From the IMG/VR virus record IMGVR_UViG_3300032224_000682, positions 1-44,769 of that record: 44,769 bases of DNA; one strand, 5' to 3'. Positions 27,501-35,926 of this stretch are shown in pieces. Within the stretch, counting starts at the first letter, position 1. Every line of letters starts with the position of its first letter. The translations under genes were made by a program, and so were the position numbers. Under the pieces are notes generated by a model. That model did not search any database. It saw nothing but the letters and a program-made list of their open reading frames with translations, and was not told where the DNA came from. This DNA is from a virus. Its lineage: Duplodnaviria > Caudoviricetes.

Positions 27501-28618
27501 AATTAACCAATTCTAGCGCAGCTAATGTTGGATTAAGTGTTGTTAGATGTATCGCATCTTCAACAACACTCTTCCGTAATTTTATGGTCTATGCCGCAAC
27601 AACCATTTCGTCGGTTATTTCTGGCGCAATTGGGTTAATTAAAAATGGCACAGGAACTCTTATAACTACCTCAACCAACACCTACACGGGGGGAACTATT
27701 GTTAATGCTGGCACGTTTCAAATAGGAAATGGCACAAATGTTACGGCAAGAGTTTTAAATACCACAACCTTAAGCGGAGGCAACCTTGCTTACAATTTCA
27801 ACGCAAACAACAATGCAGTAAATGGATCAATCACGCTTACTGCAACTGCTACTATAACAAAATTAAATGGATTGTATCAGATCAACTTACAAACAGGCAC
27901 TCTAAATGGTGGAGGGCAGACATTGAATATTTTTGTGGATACAACTGCTGGTGTAGCACCACTTTATTTTAACGGGACGGCTGGAACCAGTTTGAGTCAA
28001 ATAAATATCCTTAATGGTGCTGTAGGGCAAGACGGAACAGGTGGATTACCGCTGCGGAACGCCACGATAAATGTATCGAGCGGGGCGCAATTTAGGACTT
28101 ATACCAGTCCGACGATCAACAATAATTTTACGCTTAACGGCGGAGCTGGGCCAAATGGCAATGGAGTCTTGTGGAATGAGTCTATCGTTGCTGCTCATAC
28201 TCCAATTTATATCGGCACGATCACTTTGGCTACTGGGACAAACTCAAGCGTTGGAAATACGACTTCTGGATTTACTATAACTGGACAAATAACTGGGGCA
28301 GGTTCATTTACAAAAATTGGAACTGGATTACTCTCTACTTACAACAATAATAATAACTACACTGGATCAACAACAATTAGTGCAGGGACGTTAATGGTAA
28401 TTAAAGCATTCGGCGCGATAACTCCTACAGCATCGTTTACCTCAACAACACTTTCCGTTTCTTTTTCTGGAACATTACCAATAGGCACAACAAATTTTAG
28501 ATTCTTCCAGGGCATTACAACTAACGCATACGCTTCAGTAACTTTAATTGGCGTTCCTACTGGGACAACATCAGTATATACGTCAGCAACATCAACGCTT
28601 ACAGTAATAGTGCCATGA
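27497..28618 (+). CDS. Beta-helical protein with autotransporter passenger-associated repeats; putative receptor-binding protein
   Basis: [28 protein letters not shown] and [24 protein letters not shown]. Confidence 0.7.
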   Translation: MKLTNSSAANVGLSVVRCIASSTTLFRNFMVYAATTISSVISGAIGLIKNGTGTLITTSTNTYTGGTIVNAGTFQIGNGTNVTARVLNTTTLSGGNLAYNFNANNNAVNGSITLTATATITKLNGLYQINLQTGTLNGGGQTLNIFVDTTAGVAPLYFNGTAGTSLSQINILNGAVGQDGTGGLPLRNATINVSSGAQFRTYTSPTINNNFTLNGGAGPNGNGVLWNESIVAAHTPIYIGTITLATGTNSSVGNTTSGFTITGQITGAGSFTKIGTGLLSTYNNNNNYTGSTTISAGTLMVIKAFGAITPTASFTSTTLSVSFSGTLPIGTTNFRFFQGITTNAYASVTLIGVPTGTTSVYTSATSTLTVIVP

Positions 28619-28812
28619 TAATTCCTTCATACGCAAATGGTTGGTCTTACGATAATTCAGTATGTAACTGGAAGCTGGTATATTCCGATAAGCTAATTGT
28701 TTTATATGAGCAGATAGACGAATCAATTGCAACTCAAAACACTTTATTTGTAGGAACACACGAAGAGTGTGAAAACCAAATCAAACTACTTAACTTAAAA
28801 TTTACAGAATAA
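28615..28812 (+). CDS. Hypothetical protein
   Basis: 65 aa, ATGA-coupled. Confidence 0.55.
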   Translation: MIIPSYANGWSYDNSVCNWKLVYSDKLIVLYEQIDESIATQNTLFVGTHEECENQIKLLNLKFTE

Positions 28813-28819
28813 ATTTAAA

Positions 28820-28999
28820 ATGGACACTCATTCGTTTAACGCAGGAATTACAGGTGTTATTGCAACAGCAACATCTGTGGGAATTTCATTCTTGCCAGAA
28901 ATTGAACAATGGCTCCGCATTGGTTCCCTTTGCATTGGTATTGTAGTTGGCATAGCATCACTTATTGTTATTATCAGAAACTGGAACAAATCAAAATGA
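28820..28999 (+). CDS. Small two-TM membrane protein, holin candidate (absent from ORF track)
   Basis: MDTHSFNAGITGVIATATSVGISFLPEIEQWLRIGSLCIGIVVGIASLIVIIRNWNKSK; ATGA overlap with next gene. Confidence 0.65.
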   Translation: MDTHSFNAGITGVIATATSVGISFLPEIEQWLRIGSLCIGIVVGIASLIVIIRNWNKSK

Positions 29000-29286
29000 A
29001 AACACTATTACTAAAAACACTATCATTCCTTACTGGCGCATCTAAATCTGTATTGGAGTTTATTATTCCAATCTTGAAAGATAGCACTGCAAATATTCTG
29101 AAAGCACTGCTGCCAATTGCCGTTGAGGTTGTATCTTCTTTAGCAGACTCTTCTGCAAGCGGAGATGAAAAACGCAAGATTGCTGGAGAAAAAATAAAAC
29201 AAGCTGCAATTAAGGAGGGTGTTGACGCATCATCAAGGGCAGTTAACCTTGCAATTGAATTGGCTCTTGCTAATATCAGTAAATGA
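28996..29286 (+). CDS. Lysis-module protein (holin-like)
   Basis: 96 aa from ATG 28996; amphipathic, SGDEKRK..AVNLAIELA. Confidence 0.55.
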   Translation: MKTLLLKTLSFLTGASKSVLEFIIPILKDSTANILKALLPIAVEVVSSLADSSASGDEKRKIAGEKIKQAAIKEGVDASSRAVNLAIELALANISK

Positions 29287-29744
29287 ACGAAGAGAAAGCA
29301 TGGTGGCAAAGCCGGACGATCATTGGCATTGTTGTAATGCTACTGGCTCAAGTTTTAAAATCACTCCATGTTGATATTGTTAACGAAGAGTTGACGGATA
29401 TCGTTACCATTGTAATGGAGGCAGCTGGTGCAGGACTTGCTGTTTACGGGCGTGTAAAGGCTCGTAAAACGATTCGCAGGACAAAGCCTGGCGGTTTGTT
29501 CAATCCAAATGCTGAAGTGCGTAGAGCGTCACCTGTGCGAAATAAGATATTCGTATTGTTTCTAATGATGATTGTTTGCTCGTATGGGCAAACATATCCG
29601 TCTAATGTATGGTATCAAAACCCAATTAAATTCACCGAAGTTGTAGATCAGCGTTCATTCCTTGTCCGGCTTATTGATAGCCTCAAGTGCAGTATTGCAT
29701 TGTTCCCGCTTAAAGGAGAGATCAAGGGTTCTGCTGACTTTTAA
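29283..29744 (+). CDS. Membrane protein of the lysis module (holin-like)
   Basis: KAWWQSRTIIG then two hydrophobic helices and a later third; upstream of endolysin. Confidence 0.6.
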   Translation: MNEEKAWWQSRTIIGIVVMLLAQVLKSLHVDIVNEELTDIVTIVMEAAGAGLAVYGRVKARKTIRRTKPGGLFNPNAEVRRASPVRNKIFVLFLMMIVCSYGQTYPSNVWYQNPIKFTEVVDQRSFLVRLIDSLKCSIALFPLKGEIKGSADF

Positions 29745-29746
29745 TT

Positions 29747-30301
29747 ATGCCTCGTAGAATCGACATGGCTGGATTCATCTTGGATTCAGAAGCCCGTAGG
29801 GATAAACAAGGAAACCTCAAGGTCTATGATCTGCCTGCCGCTGATGGTGGTGGATCGTTTGAGGTTGCTGGAATCAATGATCGCTATCATCCAGAGGCTG
29901 CTAAGAAACTCAAACAATTGATTGAGGATGGAAAGCAATGGGAGGCTGAAGAGTACATCAAAGCTTATTTATTGGACTACACAAATATAGTTACCAACTG
30001 GACTCGCAACCCTGCTGTTGAGGCATTCCTTCGTGACACAGCCTTTAATCGAGGCCCGAAAGGTGCATTGCGTATCTTGCAGATTGCTATTGGTGTTCCA
30101 GACGATGGCAAGTGGGGTCCGATTACACAAGCTGCTATGGGGAAGAACACACCATCTGAACTACTGGATAAGCTGCGTAAAGCTAGAGAGACATATGAAC
30201 TCCGTATAGCTCCTCCGGTTGGTGCAAGGAAGCAGTTCTGGGCAGGTCTTCAGAATAGGTGGGATAACGCATTGAATTTCAGTAAGCAGTTTATTGTTTA
30301 A
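29747..30301 (+). CDS. Endolysin, GH108-like lysozyme with peptidoglycan-binding C-terminus
   Basis: E..ADGGG..AGIN, DTAFNRG, LQIAIGVPDDGKWGPIT, GLQNR. Confidence 0.8.
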   Translation: MPRRIDMAGFILDSEARRDKQGNLKVYDLPAADGGGSFEVAGINDRYHPEAAKKLKQLIEDGKQWEAEEYIKAYLLDYTNIVTNWTRNPAVEAFLRDTAFNRGPKGALRILQIAIGVPDDGKWGPITQAAMGKNTPSELLDKLRKARETYELRIAPPVGARKQFWAGLQNRWDNALNFSKQFIV

Positions 30302-30306
30302 CAATT

Positions 30307-30459
30307 ATGAGCGAACAGAAAAATAATCAAGATGGAGATGTTATTTATCTTCAGAAAGAAAACCTAAAGCTAAAAGAAATCTTGCGACAGTGCCTCAAGG
30401 CAAGGCAGATTGCTCATGTTAAACAAATAATTAGAGAAGCGTTCACGCAAGAATATTAA
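30307..30459 (+). CDS. Small hypothetical protein (50 aa)
   Basis: MSEQKNNQDGDVIYLQKENLKLKEILRQ..., fills the gap after the lysin. Confidence 0.55.
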   Translation: MSEQKNNQDGDVIYLQKENLKLKEILRQCLKARQIAHVKQIIREAFTQEY

Positions 30460-30467
30460 AAATCTTT

Positions 30468-30502
30468 TTGACTTATTCACATTGTCTGCTAACTTATTCA
30501 CA
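30468..30502 (+). promoter_or_regulatory. Promoter overlapped by two DnaA-box-like direct repeats
   Basis: TTGACT-16-TAACTT with TGn extension; TTATTCACA at 30473-30481 and 30494-30502. Confidence 0.5.
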
Positions 30503-30504
30503 AC

Positions 30505-30792
30505 ATGAAGCGAATCACCATTAATGTTGATGGAGAGAAGTGGAAAGTTCTTTTCAAAAAACCAACGCAAGACGATTACATTGGTATTGAAGAAGATGAC
30601 ATTGGTCTTTGTGTTATGGAAGAAAGAAAGATATTTGTAACACCCAATCCAGACATGGTTCTTGGCACAGCTATTCACGAAGTTCTTCACGCTGCGTTTC
30701 CTCAAATAAATGAAGATGCTATTATTGCTGGAGAGGAAGCTTTACTTGAATTGCTAAATAAATTTCCAAACGAACTACTACATGAGTCTTAA
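30505..30792 (+). CDS. Small HExxH zincin-like protein
   Basis: GLC..KIFV..TAIHEVLHA..E. Confidence 0.65.
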   Translation: MKRITINVDGEKWKVLFKKPTQDDYIGIEEDDIGLCVMEERKIFVTPNPDMVLGTAIHEVLHAAFPQINEDAIIAGEEALLELLNKFPNELLHES

Positions 30793-31012
30793 GGCTGAAC
30801 AATACAATTCATTGGTTAAAACACAGAAGTTCCTGCGTGATCTTCTATACACGGATACTCGACCAAAGAAAGTATCTGAACTAAAGGAGCGAGCATATCG
30901 TTGTCTTCGTCACTTCCCTCACCTCAAGGAGAACGGTGAACCAATGTTTAGCCAAGATAATTTTCCGTGTCCTAAAATTCAACTCATAGATGAAGATTCA
31001 AACAATAAATAA
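30782..31012 (+). CDS. Hypothetical protein
   Basis: 76 aa, RAYRCLRHFP. Confidence 0.6.
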   Translation: MSLKAEQYNSLVKTQKFLRDLLYTDTRPKKVSELKERAYRCLRHFPHLKENGEPMFSQDNFPCPKIQLIDEDSNNK

Positions 31013-31014
31013 AC

Positions 31015-31761
31015 ATGGCTAACATTACGCACAAATGGAAAAGAGTTTTATCGGTGAGTTGTAGTCATGCAAAGTATTGCGATAAAGAAACATTGGATGC
31101 TGTTCTAAAATTTAAAAGAGACTTTAAACCTCACACAACTATTCATTTAGGTGACTTTGTTGACTTAACCGCCTTGATGTCTGGCGCTAAAGTAGCAAGC
31201 GAAGCGGAGCCATTGATTCCAGATATTGATACTGGGTTGATGCATCTTAAAATGCTTGGGGCAAATGTTGTTCTTTGCGGCAACCATGAAGATCGAGCAT
31301 GGAGATTGCGACATAGCAACAATGCGGTTGTTGCTCATGCCGCCCACAAGATTGTTGAAGCCATTGAAGAGTGCTGCAAGAAGCTCCGTGCGCCACTGCT
31401 TCCGTGGGATGGAGTATTTCAGATGTTTGATCTTGCAGATATTGGATTCCAGCATGGTGTTCTTTTCAACGAGATGGCCGCTAGAGATACAGCAGAGGCA
31501 TTCTGCAATAGCACAAGGCGCAAGGTAGTCTTTGGTCACACGCATAAAATCTCAATTCAATCTGGACGTAACTTACTTGGTGGAACCGGATACAATATCG
31601 GATCGCTTACAAAACGTGCATCTATGGATTATGCTAAAGGCAGGAGGGCTACACTAGCCTGGCAGAATGGCTTCCTTTGGGGTGAGTATTGCGAGGAGCT
31701 TAAACAATCATGCGTACACATTACAAGTCGAGAACAAGGGCAGCAATGGAGACTCCCATGA
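31015..31761 (+). CDS. Calcineurin-like metallophosphoesterase
   Basis: HLGDFVD, GNHE, HG, GHTH motifs; first motif is CSH instead of DxH. Confidence 0.85.
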   Translation: MANITHKWKRVLSVSCSHAKYCDKETLDAVLKFKRDFKPHTTIHLGDFVDLTALMSGAKVASEAEPLIPDIDTGLMHLKMLGANVVLCGNHEDRAWRLRHSNNAVVAHAAHKIVEAIEECCKKLRAPLLPWDGVFQMFDLADIGFQHGVLFNEMAARDTAEAFCNSTRRKVVFGHTHKISIQSGRNLLGGTGYNIGSLTKRASMDYAKGRRATLAWQNGFLWGEYCEELKQSCVHITSREQGQQWRLP

Positions 31762-31997
31762 CACCAAACGATTTTTTAAAAGTCATACAAGATAGTCTCA
31801 ATAAACGATACGAGCCTGTTCCTAATGGTTGGTATTGCACAGATGATTTAATGTCAGCTTGGAACACAGGGAGATCATCCGTTCAAGAGAGAATTAAAGA
31901 AGGAAAAAAACTTGGATGCGTAACTGAAAGAAAGTTCTTTGTTAAAAAAAATGGAGGAAGAATGATCCCATATTACAAGTTCCATCAGAAAAGTTAA
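31758..31997 (+). CDS. Hypothetical (possible HTH) protein
   Basis: 79 aa from the ATGA overlap. Confidence 0.55.
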   Translation: MTPNDFLKVIQDSLNKRYEPVPNGWYCTDDLMSAWNTGRSSVQERIKEGKKLGCVTERKFFVKKNGGRMIPYYKFHQKS

Positions 31998-31999
31998 AG

Positions 32000-32023
32000 G
32001 GGGAGGGAATTTCTCCCCTCCCC
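32000..32023. terminator. Hairpin between convergent operons
   Basis: GGGGAGGG / CCCTCCCC stem. Confidence 0.6.
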
Positions 32024-32069
32024 GCAGTGAACACACAAGCAGGGCAACACAAAGCCCAGCGATGCGAAC

Positions 32070-32474
32070 TTATTTCATTGTTTCCCAATAGTCAATTGGA
32101 TATTTAATTTCTATTTCAGTTTTTTCGTTGTCGAATCCTTTGACTTTTTCTTGTTCGACTTGGAGCTTGATTGTCCATGGGTTGTCTTCAGGTAGGAGTC
32201 CAGAGTGTCGCAAGCCATCGAGTAGATTCTTTGTGGAAGCTGCTGCGTTGTCTGGATCAAGACACCGGACTCGGAACAGAGTGAAGCGGACTTCAATGCG
32301 TCCAACAGCAAGTCCCATGCTAACTTTTTTTCCTTGTATTGGACTGCCCAATGCTGGCGCATGGTTTTGTTTAACGATGGGGTTCTGTATTGGACTGTTA
32401 GTTTTAGTTGCATTGGCTTGTATGAATGATCGTGATGCGTTAGGAAAGGCAAGCAGTAGTTCTTTCTCTGTCAT
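32070..32474 (-). CDS. rusA: RusA-like Holliday junction resolvase
   Basis: LDPDNAAASTKNLLDGLRHSGLLPEDN fits the RusA DxDN..K..D..D pattern. Confidence 0.7.
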   Translation of the reverse strand: MTEKELLLAFPNASRSFIQANATKTNSPIQNPIVKQNHAPALGSPIQGKKVSMGLAVGRIEVRFTLFRVRCLDPDNAAASTKNLLDGLRHSGLLPEDNPWTIKLQVEQEKVKGFDNEKTEIEIKYPIDYWETMK

Positions 32475-32758
32475 AGAGTATATCCCTTTTCTTTAGCCCA
32501 AGCTGGATTGTCATGGCATCTGGTATGACAAATGCGGCAAAGAGATAAAAATGTATCCTTGTTGCACAGATTCTTGCCTCGCTTCGCCATGTGGTGGATG
32601 TCGGTAGCATCAAGACCACAAATCTCACAGTATGGATTTAAAGCAAAGTGTTCCTTCCTTGCTTGCGAGTATTGCTTGAGTTCTTTTGCGTGCCTTGATG
32701 ACACCTTATTCATCGGCTTCTTTGATGTTATTCTACTTCCTCTTTTTAACAGGCTCAT
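32471..32758 (-). CDS. Small HNH endonuclease
   Basis: CEICG..DIHH..LCRICHTRCH. Confidence 0.8.
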   Translation of the reverse strand: MSLLKRGSRITSKKPMNKVSSRHAKELKQYSQARKEHFALNPYCEICGLDATDIHHMAKRGKNLCNKDTFLSLCRICHTRCHDNPAWAKEKGYTL

Positions 32759-32936
32759 AATATGACTCCATACTTGTTAATACTTCAAGGCATTCGCTAT
32801 TCGTGAATGGCAAATCGACGCACTTTGGAAAACTCTTTCCTCGCATATGCATATCACCAAGTTTATTTAGCTTGAAAGGAGAGACGAATACCTTCATATC
32901 CCCATTCTCAAGGCCAATGAACGGGATTAAATCCAT
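32733..32936 (-). CDS. Hypothetical protein
   Basis: 67 aa, tiles the minus-strand operon. Confidence 0.55.
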   Translation of the reverse strand: MDLIPFIGLENGDMKVFVSPFKLNKLGDMHMRGKSFPKCVDLPFTNSECLEVLTSMESYYEPVKKRK

Positions 32937-32937
32937 T

Positions 32938-33201
32938 CTACGAATCCAGTTTTGACATTATCTTTTTTAACCATTGCTCATTTTTTACCTCTTGTTTTTT
33001 CCTTGGCTTGCTTGGTAGCCTAATTCTTTTAAGCCTGTAAACATCCGGTATTGGACTTTTCTTTACAAGAATTTCGTGAGTTATTGTCTTATGTCTCTTG
33101 GAACAATACCTAATTCTTCTGATAAAACAAACATTGTCTTCAGTTGTTAGTGTTCTTGTATCACTTACATCTGTATCAAGTTTACATTTACTGCACTTCA
33201 T
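32938..33201 (-). CDS. NrdR-N-terminal-like Zn-ribbon protein
   Basis: MKCSKC..TDVSDTR..RRIRYC..H..THE; no ATP-cone. Confidence 0.65.
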   Translation of the reverse strand: MKCSKCKLDTDVSDTRTLTTEDNVCFIRRIRYCSKRHKTITHEILVKKSPIPDVYRLKRIRLPSKPRKKQEVKNEQWLKKIMSKLDS

Positions 33202-33643
33202 TTACGAATTTCTTTGCCCCCTCCATTAGAAACATTTTACTTACAGCTTCATCAACTGTGTATGCGGGGTATTCAATTTGATTTATAAGAGACTTAATTA
33301 ATTCAATTGCTTTGTATATTTTATGAACGATCTCGTCATCCGAAACAATGCCGTTATCCCTTGGATGTTTTTTACCGCAAAGACGAGCCTCAACGATTTC
33401 GTATTCGATCTTCCAATGCGCTGCATCTTCTAAAACATCCTCATGTGCTTTTTCCAATCTTTTGATTGCCTTCATAGCTAAATCTCGTTGGTCTTGCAGA
33501 TTTATTATTTCGGAACGAAGAGAATCAATTTCACATTGCGCCATTAAACTGTGGTTAAATTCCAATTTATTTGGCGCATCTTCTGGTCTAGAGATATATC
33601 GAACAGATACATCTCCTACATATTCTGGCATCACATCTTCCAT
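33188..33643 (-). CDS. Hypothetical coiled-coil protein
   Basis: 151 aa, tiles the operon. Confidence 0.55.
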   Translation of the reverse strand: MEDVMPEYVGDVSVRYISRPEDAPNKLEFNHSLMAQCEIDSLRSEIINLQDQRDLAMKAIKRLEKAHEDVLEDAAHWKIEYEIVEARLCGKKHPRDNGIVSDDEIVHKIYKAIELIKSLINQIEYPAYTVDEAVSKMFLMEGAKKFVNEVQ

Positions 33644-33644
33644 A

Positions 33645-34043
33645 TTAATCTTTCTTCAATAGTTCCTCTACGATTTGTTCAGCTACGTCATGCAGCGATG
33701 GGTATGCGAGCATATTGAATGACTTTCCATGCTTTTCAATAAATGCTTTCCAATCTCTGTGTTCAGCTTTAGTGAGCTTTGTTTGGTATGGTCTTGCCTC
33801 TCCAGCCTTACGGATGATTCCCATTATGCTGTCAGCCTTGTTGTGCATGGCAGCTTGGATTTCAGCTCGATCTGGATAGACACACTGCCGGATGCTGGTG
33901 CAGCCTGGTGCTATCTTAACGAGCCAGTAGCCTTCATCAAGGCCATGGTATGCGTTTGGATCATTGACTTGGATATATCGCTTCCCAACTTTGCGGTAGA
34001 GTATATCTGACTCTACTTGCGCTATGCGTGTTTGTGCGTTCAT
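33645..34043 (-). CDS. Hypothetical protein
   Basis: Start set at MNAQTR (34043), 9 nt after a promoter -10. Confidence 0.6.
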   Translation of the reverse strand: MNAQTRIAQVESDILYRKVGKRYIQVNDPNAYHGLDEGYWLVKIAPGCTSIRQCVYPDRAEIQAAMHNKADSIMGIIRKAGEARPYQTKLTKAEHRDWKAFIEKHGKSFNMLAYPSLHDVAEQIVEELLKKD

Positions 34044-34093
34044 GCAAAAAACATCTTGCACTAAATGTAGTGGCGTGTCAATATCTGGTTTCC
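34044..34093. promoter_or_regulatory. Overlapping symmetric divergent promoters with inner palindrome
   Basis: Plus TTGCAC-17-CAATAT-9-ATG; minus TTGACA-17-CAAGAT-9-ATG; CACTA-aatg-TAGTG in the shared spacer. Confidence 0.6.
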
Positions 34094-34267
34094 ATGAAAC
34101 ACACATTCATTCACCTTGGCTGCGAGGTTAAGATCGCAGGTAACGATGTCACAATCTATCGGCAAGATGGAGGTATTGATAAGATCAAATTAAAGTTGAT
34201 CCATGATCAAGACACAGCAGAAGAGTTCGTCAAGGACTACATCACGCTCAGTATTGTTAAACAATAA
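34094..34267 (+). CDS. Small hypothetical protein
   Basis: 57 aa MKHTFIHLG... Confidence 0.55.
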   Translation: MKHTFIHLGCEVKIAGNDVTIYRQDGGIDKIKLKLIHDQDTAEEFVKDYITLSIVKQ

Positions 34268-34282
34268 ACCAGAAAAACACTA

Positions 34283-35716
34283 ATGTGGATACTACCATCA
34301 CAACTCTTGAAATGTGCGCCGGATATGGAGGCATTGGACTTGGAATCAAAAACATCTTTGGCGAGCGATTGCGAACCATTGCATATTGTGAGCTTGAGGG
34401 GTTCGCTCAAGCCAATCTCATCAGTAAGATGGAAAAAGGACTCTTGGATGCAGCACCTATATGGAGCGATCTTAAAACCTTTCCATACGAATCGTTTCAC
34501 AGACTGGTGGACATCCTCATTGCGGGATACCCATGTCAGCCATTTAGCGCAGCAGGAAAGCGAGCAGGTAAAGAAGACCCAAGACATCTTTGGCCTTGGA
34601 TCGCAGACGGAATTCGACTTCTTCAACCAAGAATGTGCTTCTTTGAAAACGTCGAAGGACACATCTCGTTGGGACTCTCAACAGTCATCAGTGATCTGGA
34701 AGAACTGGGTTATAAAAGTTCGTTCGGAATATTCAGTGCGAGTGAAGTTGGCGCAGTCCACCAAAGGAAAAGAGTGTTTATCATGGCCCACCGCAACGGC
34801 GAGGGATTTTGCAGGGAAAAGTGGTTCTGGCAGGCAGGGGCGCAAGGGGCATCCAGCGGATACTCTACCGAATGCGGTAGCTCAATGGCCGACACCAACA
34901 GCAGGAGAATGTCTGGATCAAGGAACGAATTGGGAAACGCTGGCGAGGCTGGACAAGGGTGGTCGAATACTTCGCAGGATGGCATCATTGGAAATGTCTG
35001 GCCATCACGCCCCGGTCAACCACAATACGCATGGGAACCGCCAAGGGTCGTGGCTAACTCCAAACACGATGGACTCACTTCCTGTCAGATCGGAGGAAGC
35101 ACTTGCGAGACAATACCAGAAAAACAGATTTGGGAGGACAACTCACTCAACATTGAGAGAGCAAGTTGCATTGCCACCACCAAGTCAGATGGCATGGGCA
35201 ACTCCTCGCAGTTGTTCTGCTATGGCAGCAACAATAACAGAGGAATCAGTGAACAAGGAGAACAGATTCCCGAATCTAGAAACTCAAGTTGGGAGGCAGC
35301 AATGGGCAACGCCAAGAGCAGGGAAAACAACGGACGAGAATCCAGAGACATGGCTGAAGCGTCAAGCCAACGGGGATGTTGCGACGATGCCACTAACGGC
35401 GCAAGTGAAAGTGAAACAATGGGCAACGCCACGAATAGGCGGCGAGGAAAAAGCGGAGACGAGACTTGCGAGGGGGCGGGAAATTGGACTTCACGGACAA
35501 GTGGGAGCAATGACGAACTCAGCAAAACTCAACAGCCAATGGGTTACTCAACTCATGGGGCTGAATCTCGGTTGGGTATCTCCGAGCTGTCCGGCCTCAG
35601 TGATTCTGAATTGGCCGAAATTCGTGAGTGGATGGTGCGCTGCGACAACAGAACAGATGAACTGCGATTGCTCGGCAATGGAGTTGTCCCGGCAACAGCA
35701 ACCAGAGCTTTTCTGA
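34283..35716 (+). CDS. Overlapping-frame methyltransferase partner (beta-like) with motif IX and six WxTP-type repeats
   Basis: 477 open codons; WPTAT, WPTPT, WLTPN and three WATPR; KLNSQWVTQLMGLNLGW resembles motif IX. Confidence 0.75.
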   Translation: MWILPSQLLKCAPDMEALDLESKTSLASDCEPLHIVSLRGSLKPISSVRWKKDSWMQHLYGAILKPFHTNRFTDWWTSSLRDTHVSHLAQQESEQVKKTQDIFGLGSQTEFDFFNQECASLKTSKDTSRWDSQQSSVIWKNWVIKVRSEYSVRVKLAQSTKGKECLSWPTATARDFAGKSGSGRQGRKGHPADTLPNAVAQWPTPTAGECLDQGTNWETLARLDKGGRILRRMASLEMSGHHAPVNHNTHGNRQGSWLTPNTMDSLPVRSEEALARQYQKNRFGRTTHSTLREQVALPPPSQMAWATPRSCSAMAATITEESVNKENRFPNLETQVGRQQWATPRAGKTTDENPETWLKRQANGDVATMPLTAQVKVKQWATPRIGGEEKAETRLARGREIGLHGQVGAMTNSAKLNSQWVTQLMGLNLGWVSPSCPASVILNWPKFVSGWCAATTEQMNCDCSAMELSRQQQPELF

Positions 35717-35739
35717 CACTATTGGAGAAACTAAAATGA
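34285..35739 (+). CDS. C5 cytosine DNA methyltransferase, catalytic (alpha-like) polypeptide lacking motif IX
   Basis: Motif I CAGYGG, IV GYPCQPFS, VI FENV, VIII QRKRVFI, X LLGNGVVP; GTG start. Confidence 0.85.
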   Translation: MDTTITTLEMCAGYGGIGLGIKNIFGERLRTIAYCELEGFAQANLISKMEKGLLDAAPIWSDLKTFPYESFHRLVDILIAGYPCQPFSAAGKRAGKEDPRHLWPWIADGIRLLQPRMCFFENVEGHISLGLSTVISDLEELGYKSSFGIFSASEVGAVHQRKRVFIMAHRNGEGFCREKWFWQAGAQGASSGYSTECGSSMADTNSRRMSGSRNELGNAGEAGQGWSNTSQDGIIGNVWPSRPGQPQYAWEPPRVVANSKHDGLTSCQIGGSTCETIPEKQIWEDNSLNIERASCIATTKSDGMGNSSQLFCYGSNNNRGISEQGEQIPESRNSSWEAAMGNAKSRENNGRESRDMAEASSQRGCCDDATNGASESETMGNATNRRRGKSGDETCEGAGNWTSRTSGSNDELSKTQQPMGYSTHGAESRLGISELSGLSDSELAEIREWMVRCDNRTDELRLLGNGVVPATATRAFLTLLEKLK

Positions 35740-35915
35740 GCAAAGAACAGAAAGTATGGCTTGCACTTCAGTCTGCAAAGACAGATATTATTCTTGCAAT
35801 TGCTGACTACAAGAAACCAGATCGTGCTGCTTGTAAGGATTGGATAAACCAAGCGACATCAAGGCTGATGGAAGCTTACGCTTTACTGCGTGAGGACGGA
35901 GGATACGAGCTTTAA
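35736..35915 (+). CDS. Small hypothetical protein (59 aa, absent from ORF track)
   Basis: MSKEQKVWLALQSAK..., ATGA overlap with the methyltransferase. Confidence 0.55.
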   Translation: MSKEQKVWLALQSAKTDIILAIADYKKPDRAACKDWINQATSRLMEAYALLREDGGYEL

Positions 35916-35926
35916 CTAAAAATACT

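Noticed and set aside
28909-28995. ORF-track N-terminal extension MAPHWF...
   Set aside because: Overlaps the better 28820-28999 membrane gene; ATG 28996 fits ATGA coupling
34283-35739. Methyltransferase as a frameshifted pseudogene
   Set aside because: Both frames are open over the full ~1.45 kb with intact catalytic motifs, which decay would not produce
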